NCBI GenBank assembly: GCA_036172245.1
Contig: JAYWIR010000009.1
Location: 3,410,001-3,474,000 of the forward strand
Direction of reading: 5' to 3'
DNA: 64,000 nucleotides
Origin: Raillietiella orientalis
Taxonomy: Eukaryota
A program made the position numbers and the translations under genes. Shown here in pieces: positions 38,086 to 51,232 of the stretch (positions are counted from its first letter, which is position 1; each line of letters begins with the position of its first letter). The notes under the pieces were generated by a model, which was not told the DNA's origin, searched no databases, and worked only from the letters and a program-made list of their open reading frames with translations.

Positions 38086-38220
38086 GACACCGACTGCTGC
38101 GTTGTTGACCTTGTGGCTGCGTCCTCCGCGCCCGGTACCAAGCGTTGCGGGTTCGAATCCCACCCGAGGAAGGATTGACGCCGAGAATGGAAGGTGCGTC
38201 TTGGGTTTCGAGTATCCCCG
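38086..38220 (+). mobile_element. Isolated tRNA-like head of the SINE-like repeat
   Basis: B-box GGTTCGAATCC at 38150-38160, followed by a GACGC...GCGTC stem and GGGTTTCGAGT. The 5' CACCGACTG is shared with the 51232 copy. Confidence 0.7.
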
Positions 38221-38574
38221 GCAATGGTTCGGAAAGGGGGTCGATTGTGAAATGCGTCCCGACCGCAGCCGCGACTCGCTGCAGCGGAAATCACGGCGCA
38301 CTCGTTGTCCACCCTTAATTAGAGGAATTGAAGGCGCTACAAAGAAGTGCCGCGCAGCAGCGCTTCCGGTACCATCTTCAAAGCTGCCAACCTGTCCACC
38401 CTTCTTTGCCACTCCGGACAACGCGGGACCCGACTCACTAGTTGCCTACGTCTCCGGAAAACAGGTGGTGGACCTTGGGCCAACGGTCATGCTGGCCGCA
38501 TGTTTTCGTTCGGAAGTTCGATGTGGGTGAGAGATTCGTCTGCGCCATCTTTTTGGTATCCACTATGGTTGCCA

Positions 38575-39680
38575 AGGAGTCTGCGTTGGCGCCCATGGGG
38601 CTACTGTCTCCGCGCGTGGCTCCAAACATTCCGGGTCCGAATCCCCACGTGGAGGATCGACGCCGAGAAACGGGTGCGTCGTGGGTTTCGAGTCCACCCC
38701 CGCAGGATGAGGCTGGTTGGCACCGGTTCCCCACGGGATGTGCAAACAGAACCGTCTTCCTCCTTGAGGGACCCTCCATCGCGTTCCATGGAACTGATTG
38801 ATATCCACCTCACGGGGGGGTCACCTCTCCAAAGTGTCAAGAAGAGTGCTGCTCCCTTCGGGGAGCGCCTTTCAGAGAAATCTGGCTGCGTTCCTTCGAG
38901 GTTCTCTTCAGAGGCAAACAAGGAGCGGCTCCCTTCGGAGAAGAAACGAGGAGCGACTCCCCTCTGGAGGACCGACTCCTCTGGTGAGAATAAGGGGCTT
39001 CCTTATTCTCACCCTTATCAAGCGCAAGAAGAACGGACTCCTTCCAGCGGGGCCTTCCTGGGTTCACAGAGTGGACTCCTCTCGGGGCATCCCCTATCTT
39101 GAGGAGTGACACGCACTCTTGGGTGGCGTGAACAGCGTTCAAGAACTCTGTGAGCCCCCTCACTTCCCCTAAGGAGGCGGGCGATTCTTCAGTACTCCTT
39201 GAGAACCGGGCGAAAAAGCTGGAAGGGAAGAAGCGAAAACGGGAGACGACCCCCGGGTGCCACGTGCGCGAAACGATCGGCTGTACACCGTATATCGAGT
39301 CGCGGTTTCCCCCAGCTGTGCAGCTACACTACCGCGTCTTGCTTCGCCGATTGAGGAAGGCGGTGGGAAGTCCTTCCCCGCAGCAAACGCATCTCTGGAG
39401 TGAACTTCCGTCTCCCTCCGCATCCGGACCTGCCCGATGAAAGAACAGCGGTGATCCTGGACGCCTCCTGTCCCTTTGGGAGCGCAGCCAACGCGTTCAG
39501 GAGTGCACAGAAAGGAGGAAGACCACGCACAAACACCTCGCTGTCTCCCTGCCGATTACGGGTGTTTGGGTGATTGTCCGAGCTGTGGTAGTTGGCTCTC
39601 CAGGGTCCGGACACCTCCAAATGAAGAGGCTAGATCCTGCGGCTATACCTCGACAAAACGGGTCACCCTATGGGTGGGGG
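38575..39680 (+). mobile_element. tRNA-headed repeat copy III followed by a highly degenerate Tx1-like ORF2 end
   Basis: Head GGTCCGAATCC...GGGTTTCGAGTCC, with a body collinear with copies I and IV to ~39255. 39607-39660 resembles the ORF2 terminus at 24310-24360, but weakly. Confidence 0.6.
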
Positions 39681-39944
39681 TGCCCCTGACATCCAATGTA
39701 GCCTGTGCTCAGCCGATTGAAACATTCTCCCGATGGAGAAATCTCCCAGAACATCGACGTCCAGGAAAAGCTACAGACAAGCGTGTGGAGGGGAGAGATG
39801 GTCGGAAATGATTTCATGACTTCATGCGAACAGAACAAGAAGGTGGACGGGATGTGAAGATGAAGTTGATGATGGTGGCAAAGATGCTGAAAATGAAATG
39901 CTGGAAAAGTGGAAGATGCAGAGTTGCCTTTGAGGCTCTCAGCT

Positions 39945-40415
39945 GGCATGGATGTGCGACTTTGTCAAGACGTTGTTTTCGGACGCTCCGAAGAGTGACG
40001 CTGGTCTTCGGGGTCATGTCGGGCAGGGCATGTCGCAGTCTCCACTGACTGACCACCACGTGGTCCAAGGCTATTCCGCTCGTTTGATCAGGAAAGACAC
40101 GTGCCGAGAAATCCCACGATGTTGGTGGGTCCCGCTCGGTTCCACTTTCCCACCACTTTTTCCACTCGTCCCAAGAGAGAAAAGATACACCCTTCCTGTT
40201 TCTGGGGAGGGAAAGTGATCCACCAGAACTGGGCAGCTGGGAGTGAGCTCGGTCTGGAGTCTTCCCTCAGGGTGGAGCTCGCGCCGCCATTCGGCTTCCT
40301 CCAGCACGACGCACGAGTTGCGATCCCGGTGGTTTCCTCCCGGGGACGGCCTTCGAATCATTGACGATGCCTTCGCCTTCATCGTCATCTTCGCGGTGCT
40401 GCGGAATGCCCAGTC
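39945..40415 (+). pseudogene. Possible decayed ionotropic-receptor remnant
   Basis: APKSDAG/LVFG and HELRSRWFPPGDGLRIIDDAFAFIVIFAVL loosely resemble iGluR/IR pre-M2 and pre-M3/M3 segments. The pieces are frameshifted. Confidence 0.2.
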
Positions 40416-43400
40416 GGAGCAGCTCTCCGTGCTCCTCAATCAGGATCATTTGTACACGGGAGATTTACCCGGAATGCCGTCTCTTATCCGAGTTCTCCGG
40501 CAGATGCCACGCCATTTTCGCGCTACTCCCCCCCTCCCCTCTTCCGCGTTCCTTGCTGCTCTCAAATCACCTATTCACTCTTCCGCTCCACCAATAAGCT
40601 GCAGGCAGGAAAAAAAAAAGGGTGCCGATTAATCGAGGATTCATAAATCGTCAATGTGAAACGTGTCCCTCAGGAAAACACCCGAAGACCGTGGACTGCG
40701 GCCTCTTGGAATCCCAGCTCTTGGATATCTAATGAAAGCGCTGAAGGCATCGGCGGATTAACGGAATCCGAGGGTCCTGGAATTCCGCAGCCAGTCAGGA
40801 TACTTACTTGTTGATGCAATTAAGCAGGAACTTCTTATTTCTTGTTGGAAACCGCAAGGAGTCTCTCTGGAATAAATCGAATTTTCCACCTCTGATTGAA
40901 TGATGGGTCCTGAAGAGAAAGCTCAACTCCTCTGTCACTCTTAATTGCTGAGGCATACTCGTGGATCCTCTGCTAGGGCCCCTGACGTCTAGCTGCAGTA
41001 CGTACATCCCTGCAGCAACGTCCACATCTAATTATAGATCCGTTTCCACACCTGCATCTGTTTCATATTTGCTTCTACTTTTGCATCTATTTAGAATAGC
41101 CCGTGTGAGCGCGCACTCGCCAACGCACGGACGGTCGTTCCAGAGCTTTGCCGCGTCCCACCACCTTTCCGATACCCTTCCGCCTTCTTCGTCTCGCTCG
41201 TTCATCATCTTGAAGTCAGTCCATTCCATGGCGTTTTATTTGTTTGCTCATCCAACAACCCTACTGCATCTCCCTCTGCTCCTCCCTAGTTCCGTCCCCA
41301 GCCAGGTGGGCCCGTTTCAGACAGCGGCGCATGGCCGGCCCTCGCCCGGATGTCCGAGGTCTTTCTATTTAGCTCGAACAAATGATGGCCTGGCGAACCT
41401 GCACGGGGAGGTGCCGTTGCAGAAGCCCGCCAACCCGCGCCAGGGGCTTCTTCCTCTTCCGCGCCTCCCCGACACGAGCTGGCACGCGCCACAGCTGCGC
41501 CGTGATTTGGCACCGGCACGCCAACGATAGAAGAGCGCACGGCGCACCGCTGTACATCGACAGGTGGAGCCGCCACCGCCGCCGCGAGGGTGACCCCCTC
41601 GACGCGGCACTGCCGAGCAACGGACGGGAGATTGCGGCCTCCTCTCGGAATCGGACGAGGCATTCGGCCGGGATGCAGAGAAACGTCCCAAAGATCCGAG
41701 GGGAGAGCGCTCTATGCCCGCTGCACGTCGGGTTTTATTGACGGCCATTCCAGAGGCTCTCCGCCATCGCTCATTTCATTAGGGCGCAGCGGGGCCTCGG
41801 GCTGCCGCAGGCAGCTCCCCTCTTTCCCCCCCCCCCCCCCCTCATTTTTCTCTTCGGGCGGCGCACGTGGCGAAACCACCTCGTTAACGCTGACCACGGG
41901 CCAGCTAGCGGCAGCAAGGGAAAACGATGCTCGTGATGGACAGGGTAACGATAGCATCATTGCAGCGGATGGCTGTCCTCTCCTCCGCAGTCATGACGAC
42001 CCTCCGCCAGCGTCTACTACGGAAACCGCATTGAAATCGCATCTTTCCATCCCGTCGTACTTTCGATCATCCGAGGGAATGCTCGTTGCTAGGAGAAGCC
42101 TCGATGCCTGAACGGGAGTCGAATTGATGGACGAAGCCCTCCCAGAGTAAGGCTAAATTCGCTGACTCGCTTACTCAGAATAAAAAAAAAAAAAAGGAAA
42201 AAGAGAGGCAACTTCCCCCCCCCCCCCTCCAAAAAAAAAGCGCATCCGCTGCTGCAACTGCAGCGTCCTCAGACTCGCAGGAATTCTCAGTCCCGAAACG
42301 TGGAACCGTAACGAGTTAAAGGGAATCGGGATTCTTCGCACGCCCCGTTTCTATAGAGCAAAAAACAAGGAGGAAGGGAAAACAAAACCAACGGAATGGG
42401 AGGAGGAGGAGGAGGGGGAGGAGGGGACCCAAAGGAAGAGATGGCAGAACGATTTGAATGCAACAGCAGATTTGGGGGAACAAATGGACCGGTCGGTAGA
42501 AGCAGCACGGGGTCCCACAGTGGCTGTTAAGCAGCGGGAGAGCTTGGGGGAGAGTCCACTCCTGCTCTGATGCTTCCCGTTCTGCGGTGAGTCAGCTTCC
42601 AGCCTCCGAACCGCTCGGAAACCGCTGCATCCCGCATCCGGACTTCGCAGCGGCCGCCCTCCGCGCCGACCGGAAACGTCACTCCGCCCACAACCGCATC
42701 TTCTCCGGGAAGAGTGCATTCCCCTCCCCCCTCCGGCAACAGAGCTACCCTCCCCAAGAAAGAAAAAGTTGCTGCTGCTGAAGCGAACAGCTCAGCAGCA
42801 TATCGGCGGGCTAGAAGGACTCCTGGAAGACTGCTGCGGGCAGGGAGAAACCACTGGGTCGTTGGACCATGGGCCCATGATTCGGTTGTTCCGAACAGAA
42901 ACATTGTGGCAGAAACGGGGACGAGTGAAGGGAGGGAGGGAGAGCAGATAAACAAAGAAGCAGATGGAGAGAGGGACGCATCCTCCCCGCGGCATTCGGC
43001 ATGCTTCCCGGTGCTGGGCGAAGAGGCCGCAGCAGCCGCAAGACCGCCAGCGCGGGCAAGTCGGCCCCTTTCATTCCCGCCCCATCCAGTGCGGATCCTC
43101 AGGAACGACGCCGAATGCCGCGGGGCCGATTCATCTCCCCATCTGCTTGTTTATTTATCTGCTCTCACTTCTTCCCGCCACTCGTACCCCCTGCGGGCTG
43201 TCCCCGCAGAGCGCGGGTCGCCACGCGTCCGTCTCCGACGGCGTTTTCCCTTTTATTGATTTTCAACAAACGGCCCGGCGGTCCAGTCGCCGAGTGGGCG
43301 GTCGCAGCGCACGCTTGAGCGCGAGCAAGGAGCGTCTGGGCAACGGGAGGAGGGGAGGGGGGGCTGGAAGGCCGCAGCCGAGGCGACGGGCGGGAGGAGT

Positions 43401-43489
43401 CTTTTCGCGTCCTTCGCGGCAACAGCAATCACGCGCGTGCGGACACGCGGGGAGCGGGGGAGAACTGAAATCCCGGAAATGGCAGAGGC

Positions 43490-45248
43490 CTTCCAGCACG
43501 CCAGTAGGGCGGTTCCAATCCCGCCCAGGGGGGAAGCACCGACGCCGAGAACCGGGAGTGCGTCGTCATGGGTTTCGAGTCCCCCCGCAGGATGGCGCTG
43601 GTTGATCTCTTCGGTCGCGGCACCGGTGGAAGCTGGAAACCCCGAAGGCCCCCGAGATTGGAAGTCGACCCCCAGAGTCCTTCTAGGGATCAGCGAGTCG
43701 GTTACCTTCGGGGTTGCCCTCCGGTTGCGGAAAGGGAGCCGTCCCGTTCCCTCAGTAGGGACTCTCCATCGCGTACCATGGAGCTGGTTGATACCCGCCC
43801 GAGGGGGTATCAATCAGCTCCGCCCACCAACAATCAACCAGTCCAAGGTCGCCTCTCCATAGTGCTCTTCGGGGGAATTCGGAAACGTCCCTTGGGGATT
43901 CTCTTCAGAGGAGGGAGAAGCGAGGAGCGGCTCCCTTACAGGAGGTCCCTCCGGAGGGAACAAGGGAGAGGTTTCCTCAGAGACCACTAGGGCGTGGACT
44001 CCCTCAGGACTGCCCCCCAAGAGTCAGAGAAGAACGGGCTCTTCCTCCAGGGTCTTCCTGGATTCACAGGACGGTCTCTCCGGGGTTATCCCCTGTCCTG
44101 AAGAGTCATGTGCACCACCGGGTGGCATGGACAGAGTCCAAAGCCGGAAGAAAAGCAGCGGAAGAACCCCGAAGGACGGCCTTGCCGGCGTTCCCTAGCG
44201 TCTCCGACAGGGCCGCTTGGTCTTCCTTCGCGCCTCAGTCTTGGCGACCGCGCATGGCCCTCCTCCCGGCGGCGACGGGGAGAGGGAGCAAGGCCCGAGT
44301 GCTCCAGACCACGGCTGTCCGAAGTCTGAGGGGGGTCTCCGGCGAGATGCTAGAGTGATGTGAAGCTGCGCTTCCGGAGCGTCCCTCGCGTTGCTTGGCA
44401 GCAAGAGCCGGGCCAGGTCCGCGGCCCGGAGCTGCGCTTCGGGTAGCCCGCAGGGCGAGACGAAGCGGCGGAAAGTCCCCTGGAGGGCCCGATGCAGCCC
44501 GTGGCGCTCCCGCACCGTCCCCCCGACTCCCCTTCTCAAGCGGGCGGGAGTCGGATCTTCCGCCGCTGCACCGGAGCCCCCCGTGCGACGCTCCCCCCTC
44601 CCGCATCTGCCCGCGAATCGTGCTGCTGTTGTTGCCCTCCTGCCCCTACGGAAGCGTCTTGCGACGGCCCTCCGGGTCACGGCTTGCGACTTCGGGGACG
44701 CCTATTCGTTAGGGGTGCGCTGCCGCCTCAGGACAGTCGCGGCGGACTGGAGCGTCGTCGAAGAGGCGAGGGTGACGGCAAGATGGCGCCACCTGCGACC
44801 TATACGGCAGGAACTTGCCGGCAACCTTCAGCGGAGGCAGAGGACGCTAGTCCTCAGTTCTTCCCGGTCCCCCCACCCCAACTCTAACCGACCGATTTCG
44901 TATGCGCTCGTTTCTTTTTACTCTTTTTTTATTTACTTTTCGCTCGCGCCTCCCCTCCCCCCCCCTGCTGCCGGAGTGGCCCCGTCCGGCCTGCGTGCCG
45001 GCACCTCGGCAGGTTCCTCGCCCGCCACGCTCGCGCAGGATTCTCGAAGCGAGCTCTCCGGAGCCGCGGTCTTTGCCAGCGGCTTCGCCGGAGGGAGGGA
45101 GGAGCGCGCATTCCCTGCCCGGGAAGTACTCTGAGACGCGTCTCCTGTTCTTGTGCGGCGGCCGCGGCCTCGCGCGTCTGGGATCGACCTGGGACGCGCG
45201 GCACCCGGACGCGCAGGGTTCTTCTCAAAATAAACGGCCCGGGCGACA
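43490..45248 (+). mobile_element. tRNA-headed repeat copy IV joined to a degenerate Tx1-like 3' end
   Basis: Head GGTTCCAATCC...GGGTTTCGAGTCC, body to ~44175, then RLRQGR...LPHL...ARWRHLRPIRQELAGNLQR. The 3' UTR stem CTGCCGG(44968)...TCGGCAG(45012) and AATAAACGGCCCGGG at 45229 follow. Confidence 0.75.
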
Positions 45249-48200
45249 GCACATCTCCGCCCACAGAGGGCGAAGATGTGGCGCATTCGGATTTCGCCCT
45301 ATGCGCGCCAGGAGTAGAGCTCTCCCTGGTACCTCCTTCTAGTCATGGATCCTCAGTACCGAACCGGGTGGAAGGCCCACTCGAGGAGGTTTCGCCCCTT
45401 CGCAGCCATGGCGACCACGCCGCCACCCCGGGACCACTGGTGCTCCTGGGTGTTTCCGCTGGCCTCCTCCCGGAGCACGTCGCCGAGCCGGGGCCGGGAT
45501 GGGCTGCGGTTTCGTATCGCCACGGGGTGAGCCATACCAGGTCCACAGATGCGATGTTCCTCTCCCCGGCTGAGGGGGAGAATCGGCGTTGTCCATCCGG
45601 GACTCCGGGGGAGTGTCCTCTTCTTGTCTGCCGCCGACCTTCCGCTCATCTCTCCCACCACGTGGAGCACCGTGGCTTCCCATCGCGGGCGCCGCTTTCC
45701 GTCCACGGACCCAGGGCTCCCATGACCTTTGACCTCAGCACCTCGCGCGTCCTGGGCCTCGCGCCTTCCCTCCGAGGTGGGCGCGCTGGCGAGGCTGAGC
45801 AACGGATTGAGTCCCGCTGTAGCCGGTTCAGAGGCTCGAGGGCTAGTAGGGATGACGGGACGCGGGTGAACCGCCGAACCCCACGTGGCGGCATCCCCGT
45901 GGCAGAGTCCGAGAAGCATCCTGGTGATCTCGAGGGAGAGGACAGATCGGAAGCGGTCGACCCTTCCGCGGTCGACCAGTCACTCACTCCGGGCTCTGAG
46001 GCGCACAGTCTCTCAGGGGCACGATCAGACGAACCTCTGGCTCGGAGACGTCAGCGGGGACGGCACCAGCGCTCCGTCGTCGAGCTTTTGTTACCGCCTT
46101 CCCGCACTTTCCCCCTCCCGAGGATGCGCTTTGACCTCACCTCCTCTTCCACCGTCCCCCCGCCCTCGCACCCCGTACGGCAGAGGTGAGCGCCCTTGTC
46201 TGTCTGGGAACAAAGCGAACCCCCCCAGGGGCGAGTGCTCCCCAGAATAGCCAGCCAGTGCCCTTGATGGAGTCGCGAGATGGGAGGGCACCAGCCTCCG
46301 GCATCCTTGGTCACCCTCTGGGGACGAGGGGCGGCACGTAGGTCGGAAAACACTCGAGAAGGCTGGAGGGACCCTGGTCACCCGCAGGGGCAGCTCCCTA
46401 TTTCCCCCACGTCCACATCTTTGTGCCCCCGCGTAGCATTCCCCCCTTCCACAAGTGATCGCGCACTTGCGCGTTCCGCGGAACCGCATCTTCGACAGGA
46501 GGTCGCGGGTGACCGACCGACCGGAAAGCTGGAGCGCGGGACGGTCACCCGCGATCCACAGGTCCGCTGCTCGCCGAAGGAGAATCGGGGCCCTCTGCGT
46601 CGCCGCTGCCTAGGGCATCGGCTTCCTCCGCCCGCTTCCGGGAGACTTCCCAGAGCAGGAAGGGCGCCGAACACCAGGCCTGTGACTGTCGTACCAATCG
46701 CCGCACTGACCCCGATATGGAGAATCACCTGTTCGCCAGGCGCAGGTCCCCGCGCAAGGTCAGGGCATGACCTTCGGTTCCGGCCACCAGTGCGCCCCGA
46801 CCTCGAAAGGTTTTGCTTGGCGGACCCCCGGACTGCAGCCGCGATCTTCCGGATACGGGAACCACGAGCGCCTTTCGGGTGTCCAGTGGGGGTGCGTTCG
46901 ACGAACGGTAACCCTATCCTCTACCCGTTACCTTCGAGGTCTGTAGGGAACCCGTGTGGTTCCCCGCGCCTCGAGAGTCTCCCGGAAGCCTGGAGGCTCC
47001 CTCCGGCTCTGTTCACAGGAGGAGAGGCTGGAAGACTCCACAACAAGCGCAGAGACGGCCCATGACGGAACTCCCAGACTCCGTCAATACGGGGTTGCAT
47101 CCGTCCGCTCGGGCGCCCCTTTCATGGGATACGCAGGACCTTCTATTCTATCCAAGACTTATATTTTCTGCAGTTTTGGAAGCAGCGAGGCGCTGGGAGG
47201 CTGAGCGATCACGAGGTCGCTTTGGTGGTCAGATCGAGGATGGGGAAACAGAACAAAACAACAAAAATACAAGACCAAGCTGGTCATATGGAGGGTGGTG
47301 CTCTGGACGGGTCAGGTCAAACTGAGCTTCTGGTCAGCTTCGCTGAGCAGTCTACCCTGAGGGGGCAGGCCTTCATCCCTCTCGGAATCTGTCTTCAGGG
47401 ATCTTCGAGAAGAGTTGGCAGCAGCCGTGGAGTCCCTTCCGGTGGGGAGGGAAGCGAGGAGAAAGCCTGCAGGGGTGCCCTCGCGTTTGGCCTTACCTCG
47501 GGGCGCGGGTCACGCTTGCGAGGGAGAGGCCGGGAGAAGCTTGGAGACCGGGATCGCCCCTCAGGTCCGACATGCGGATCACCGACAGGACTCGCGGGGC
47601 TTCGGGTCCGACATCGGCGAGCGAGGATCCCCACGAGGGACGACGGTCTCCCTCTGGCGGTTTGCGGGCTTTGTTTGTCGTTCGCCTTCCGCAGCCACCT
47701 GCAGAGGTGCACGCCGCCGGTAATTCGCAGCGTCGCCGGTCAACAATCGGGGCTGGCCTCAGAGCGTCGCCATGGCAACTGCCGACACGCTCTCGGTCGC
47801 TGCTGTAGCGCCAACAATAGTCTCTTTGGCTACGAGGAGCCCGAGACAGCAGAACGTTTCCGCGACTGCCCCCTTTTCGCAGGAGCTGCGACCGGAATCC
47901 CTTGGTCTCTTCCGCCCTCTCGACATCCTGCAGTGGTTGCCTAACGAGCTCCCCCCCCCTCCCTCTTACTGCTTTCCGAAGCGCGCCTTTCACTGCCCAG
48001 GTGACCCTGAATGTCGCGTTCGGAAAAGGGAGGAGGAGGGGGGGGAGCGTCAGGGTTCGACTTTAGGGAAATGGGAGGCTCTGTTCAGCGATTCCCTGCC
48101 GGTGTGCCGGGAACGAGTGCCATGAAAGGATGATGAGAATCCTGATTCGTTCTTGCTGCTTTCCACTCTTGTTCCTTTCCCAGCTTTTTTTTTTGTTTAA

Positions 48201-49449
48201 GGCTTTTTTTCTTTTCGGGGGTATGCTGAGTACCCAAGAGCCGTCGCTTCTCTCCATGGAGCATCCGAGTGGCTCGATAACGGCGCCACATGAGGGCTCA
48301 CGGGGTTCCTCCGCTGTCACTCCCTTCCACCTGAAGCGTGCTTGAGGCGGAGAGGGGTGACCCCGAAGGGTCCACCTTCGATTCGAGGCAGCTAGTCAAC
48401 GGGGAATCCGGCAGCGGGCGCGAGGGAGCATCCTAACGATGCGCACCCGAAGCCGTGCCAGAGTCATCTCGCGGGGAGACACGGAACCCGCGACACTTCC
48501 AGATCGGCGCCCGCGATCCCTGCCGGGGCGATTCGAGCCGTGCCGGCCCTGAGGGGCACAGGATGTCAGGACGGCGTTTCCGAAACGCGAATGGGAGTCC
48601 GACTGGAGTTCGTTAAGCGTGCCGCATCTGGAAGGAAAGGCGAGAAGAAGGCGCCACCGATGGCCTCCATTTTTCCTGGCTCTGCAGCTCCCTATTTGTT
48701 GATTTATTTTCCCCCGCGCACCGTCGCTGCATTCAGCGAGCGCTCGCAAGGGGGCGACAGCTGCACCCGCAGGAAAGTCCACGAGGCTCCGTCATGGGGC
48801 CGTCCACGCGTGCGCCACTCAGGCACGTCCCGAAATCTGACGTTCACCATACCCGGCGAGCGCTGGGGAACCGACTGGGTCCGTCCTCTCCTCGGAAATC
48901 TCCCGGACTTTCCGGATTCTCCGGTAGGCGCGCGCGATGCGCCACCGGGCAACCTCCCCCCCCACCCTTCCCACATGGCGGCGCGTCATCCGGGTTGGCG
49001 CACCTGCTGCCCTCCCGCGGGGCGAGGGAACCCGTCGCGGGATGCCGTTCCTGAGCTGCCCTCCTCCCCCCCTTCCCCCTCCCCCACGAGCAGGACGGAG
49101 GCTGCGAGCGCCACCGAGCGGCGGCGGGGTGGTTCGCTCGCGGCCGCCTCCGCGCGCGCAGGTGTGCACGCAGCAGCAGCCTGCAGCGCGTTGCGCAGCG
49201 GTCGCGATGGGATTTCCTCCCCCATCCTGTGCGTGGCACACGTGCCGGCGGCACACGTACGTGCCCCAATAAAACGCGAACCTGACGTTTCGCACGTAGC
49301 GTGCATTAAGCATAACGCGGCGCATGTGCTTAACGCGCGCACGGGTATTATGTAGGGCTGGCGGTAGCCTGTGCGTAACAGGAATACCGATCGATGTAGG
49401 GGTCCACCCAATAGCAACAGGACGATGCATCCAGCATCAGCCTGTTTAA

Positions 49450-49690
49450 AGAAGGTACATCAAGCGGTGCCACTTACCGTAACATCACATCACGACATTA
49501 CACGTCATTGCTTGAGATCATTCGTCGCAATGCGGTCGTACTTAGGATGCATTGCACAGTGTTACTTACGTCACATCACGCTGCACAACATCGTACTTGG
49601 ATGCACTGTAGGGTAATTATTAAAAGCAATGTGACATAATTAAATGGAACGTGGTGAAGATCGCGCTTCGTACACTCTACATTACATTGG
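49450..49690. repeat. Degenerate ACATY-type pentanucleotide microsatellite
   Basis: Recurrent ACATC/ACATT/ACGTC/TACAT units (e.g. AACATCACATCACGACATTACACGTCATTG) in an AT-richer patch. Confidence 0.45.
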
Positions 49691-50461
49691 AAAGAAACGT
49701 GAGCGATGACGTGCGCTCCACCCTGTGCGTTTGCGTCCATTGTTACGTCATGCGGCCACCCGCGCGCGCGGACAAACGGCGCTGCGAGCCGCCGCGGCGG
49801 GAGCTCTGAGAGAGCGCGCGCGCCTGGGTGGTTGGATGGGTGGCCCGGCGTTCACGGAGCCCATCCGGATCAGCCCGTGCGGGGTCTCCCTCGGACCCGC
49901 TTCAGAGGAGGGGCGGGGCGCGGAGGTGTTTGCAGCGGCAGGCGCCAAAGAGAGGAAGGCCAGCAGATCGTCGTCGAGAAGGGGGCTCCCTCATCGGTGA
50001 GCGCTGTTGGTCCGTCTCCATGTGGATCTGGCAAGGAGCAGGACTGCCAAGTGCGCAACATGGAGGTCCTGCTGCTTCCAGGGCCACGGGCATTCCGACT
50101 GGTGGTGGCCGCGGGTGGGGAGGGGATGTCGCAGGCTGCCGTGGCTCCGAGCTCAGGGCGCCTCCAGTGGTCGCCAAGTCCTCGGCGGTCCGGAAATTCC
50201 CCTTTCGGGAGGCGTCGAGCGCCGGATGTGCGCGCGCAGCCGACTGCCCTGCGCTCCTTGCACCCGCCGTGGAGGCTTCCGGCCCGAGCTGGCGCCGGCA
50301 CCCGCCACCGGCTGTCAAACCTCGGCGCCGTCCAGGAGCTGCTGCGGAAGGCGCGGCTTCGGGGGACGCCTCCAGGGACTTGTCGCGGGCGTCCTCCGCG
50401 GCGTGCCCAGCGATGGACCGCCGTCCGCAAGTCAGCCGCCCTCCACGCGGGCTGCGGTGCT

Positions 50462-50815
50462 TCATGAGTTCGAGTCCCCTCCGCGAGATGACGCTGGTTT
50501 GCCCACAGTCGAGTGTGGCGCTGGTGGAATCTGGTGAAGACCGGACGCCCCTGTAGACTGAACGGCGTCCCTCCAGGAACCAAGGAGTCTTTCGGGGTGC
50601 CCCTCCGGTTGTGAAAATGGAGCCATCCCCCTTCCCTAGGGGGAGAACCCCTCCATCCACGGGGCTGGTGGATTGATGACTCCTCTCCAGAGTGAAAGAA
50701 GCTGCGTGCCGCTCCCTCCGGGAGCGCCCTTCAGAGGAAATTCAGAAGCGTCCCTTCGGGATTCTCTTCAAGGGAGGAAACCAGGAACGGTTCCTTTGTA
50801 AGGGGTTCTCTACGG
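50462..50815 (+). mobile_element. Partial tRNA-headed repeat copy
   Basis: GAGTTCGAGTCCCC...GCTGGTT...GAGCGCCCTTCAGAGGAAATTC...GGATTCTCTTCA, collinear with 38688-38940. Confidence 0.7.
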
Positions 50816-50889
50816 AGAAGAAACCCCGATGCGACCGGGAGGAATCTTAACGCGCGCATGCGCGGCGCGATGTCCTTCAGAAGCGCAGG

Positions 50890-51232
50890 CACTCCTCAGC
50901 CGCCGAGACGTTTCTTTGCACACTGGAGATGCATCATCATTCCACCGGCTCCGTGGATGGGGGGGTCTCCTAGGGAAGGGAGACGGTTTCATTTGCACAA
51001 CAGGAGGGGAAACACGAAGGGAACCAGACTCCCGGATTCCCTTTCCTGGACGGAAGGACCCCGGATGGTCGACCCTTAATCCCACCCACTCATCGGGGGC
51101 ATCCGGTTTGAACCGCTACCAGTGCTGCACCCGATTATGGGCCGACTAGAGTCGTCTCGCGGGGGGATTCGAACCTGCGACTCCTGGTGCCGCGAGCGGA
51201 GACTGCGGCCACGCGGCACCGCGTCAGTCGGT
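50890..51232 (-). mobile_element. 5' part of the tRNA-headed repeat, inverted relative to 50462-50815
   Basis: Reverse complement CACCGACTGACGCGGTGCCGCGTGG...GCAGGTTCGAATCCC has A-box-like and B-box motifs. 50910-51010 is an imperfect inverted copy of 50600-50700. Confidence 0.7.

Noticed and set aside
38086..38165. Functional tRNA gene (also 51160-51232)
   Set aside because: A B-box is present but there is no acceptor stem or clean cloverleaf, and the sequence continues into a dispersed repeat.
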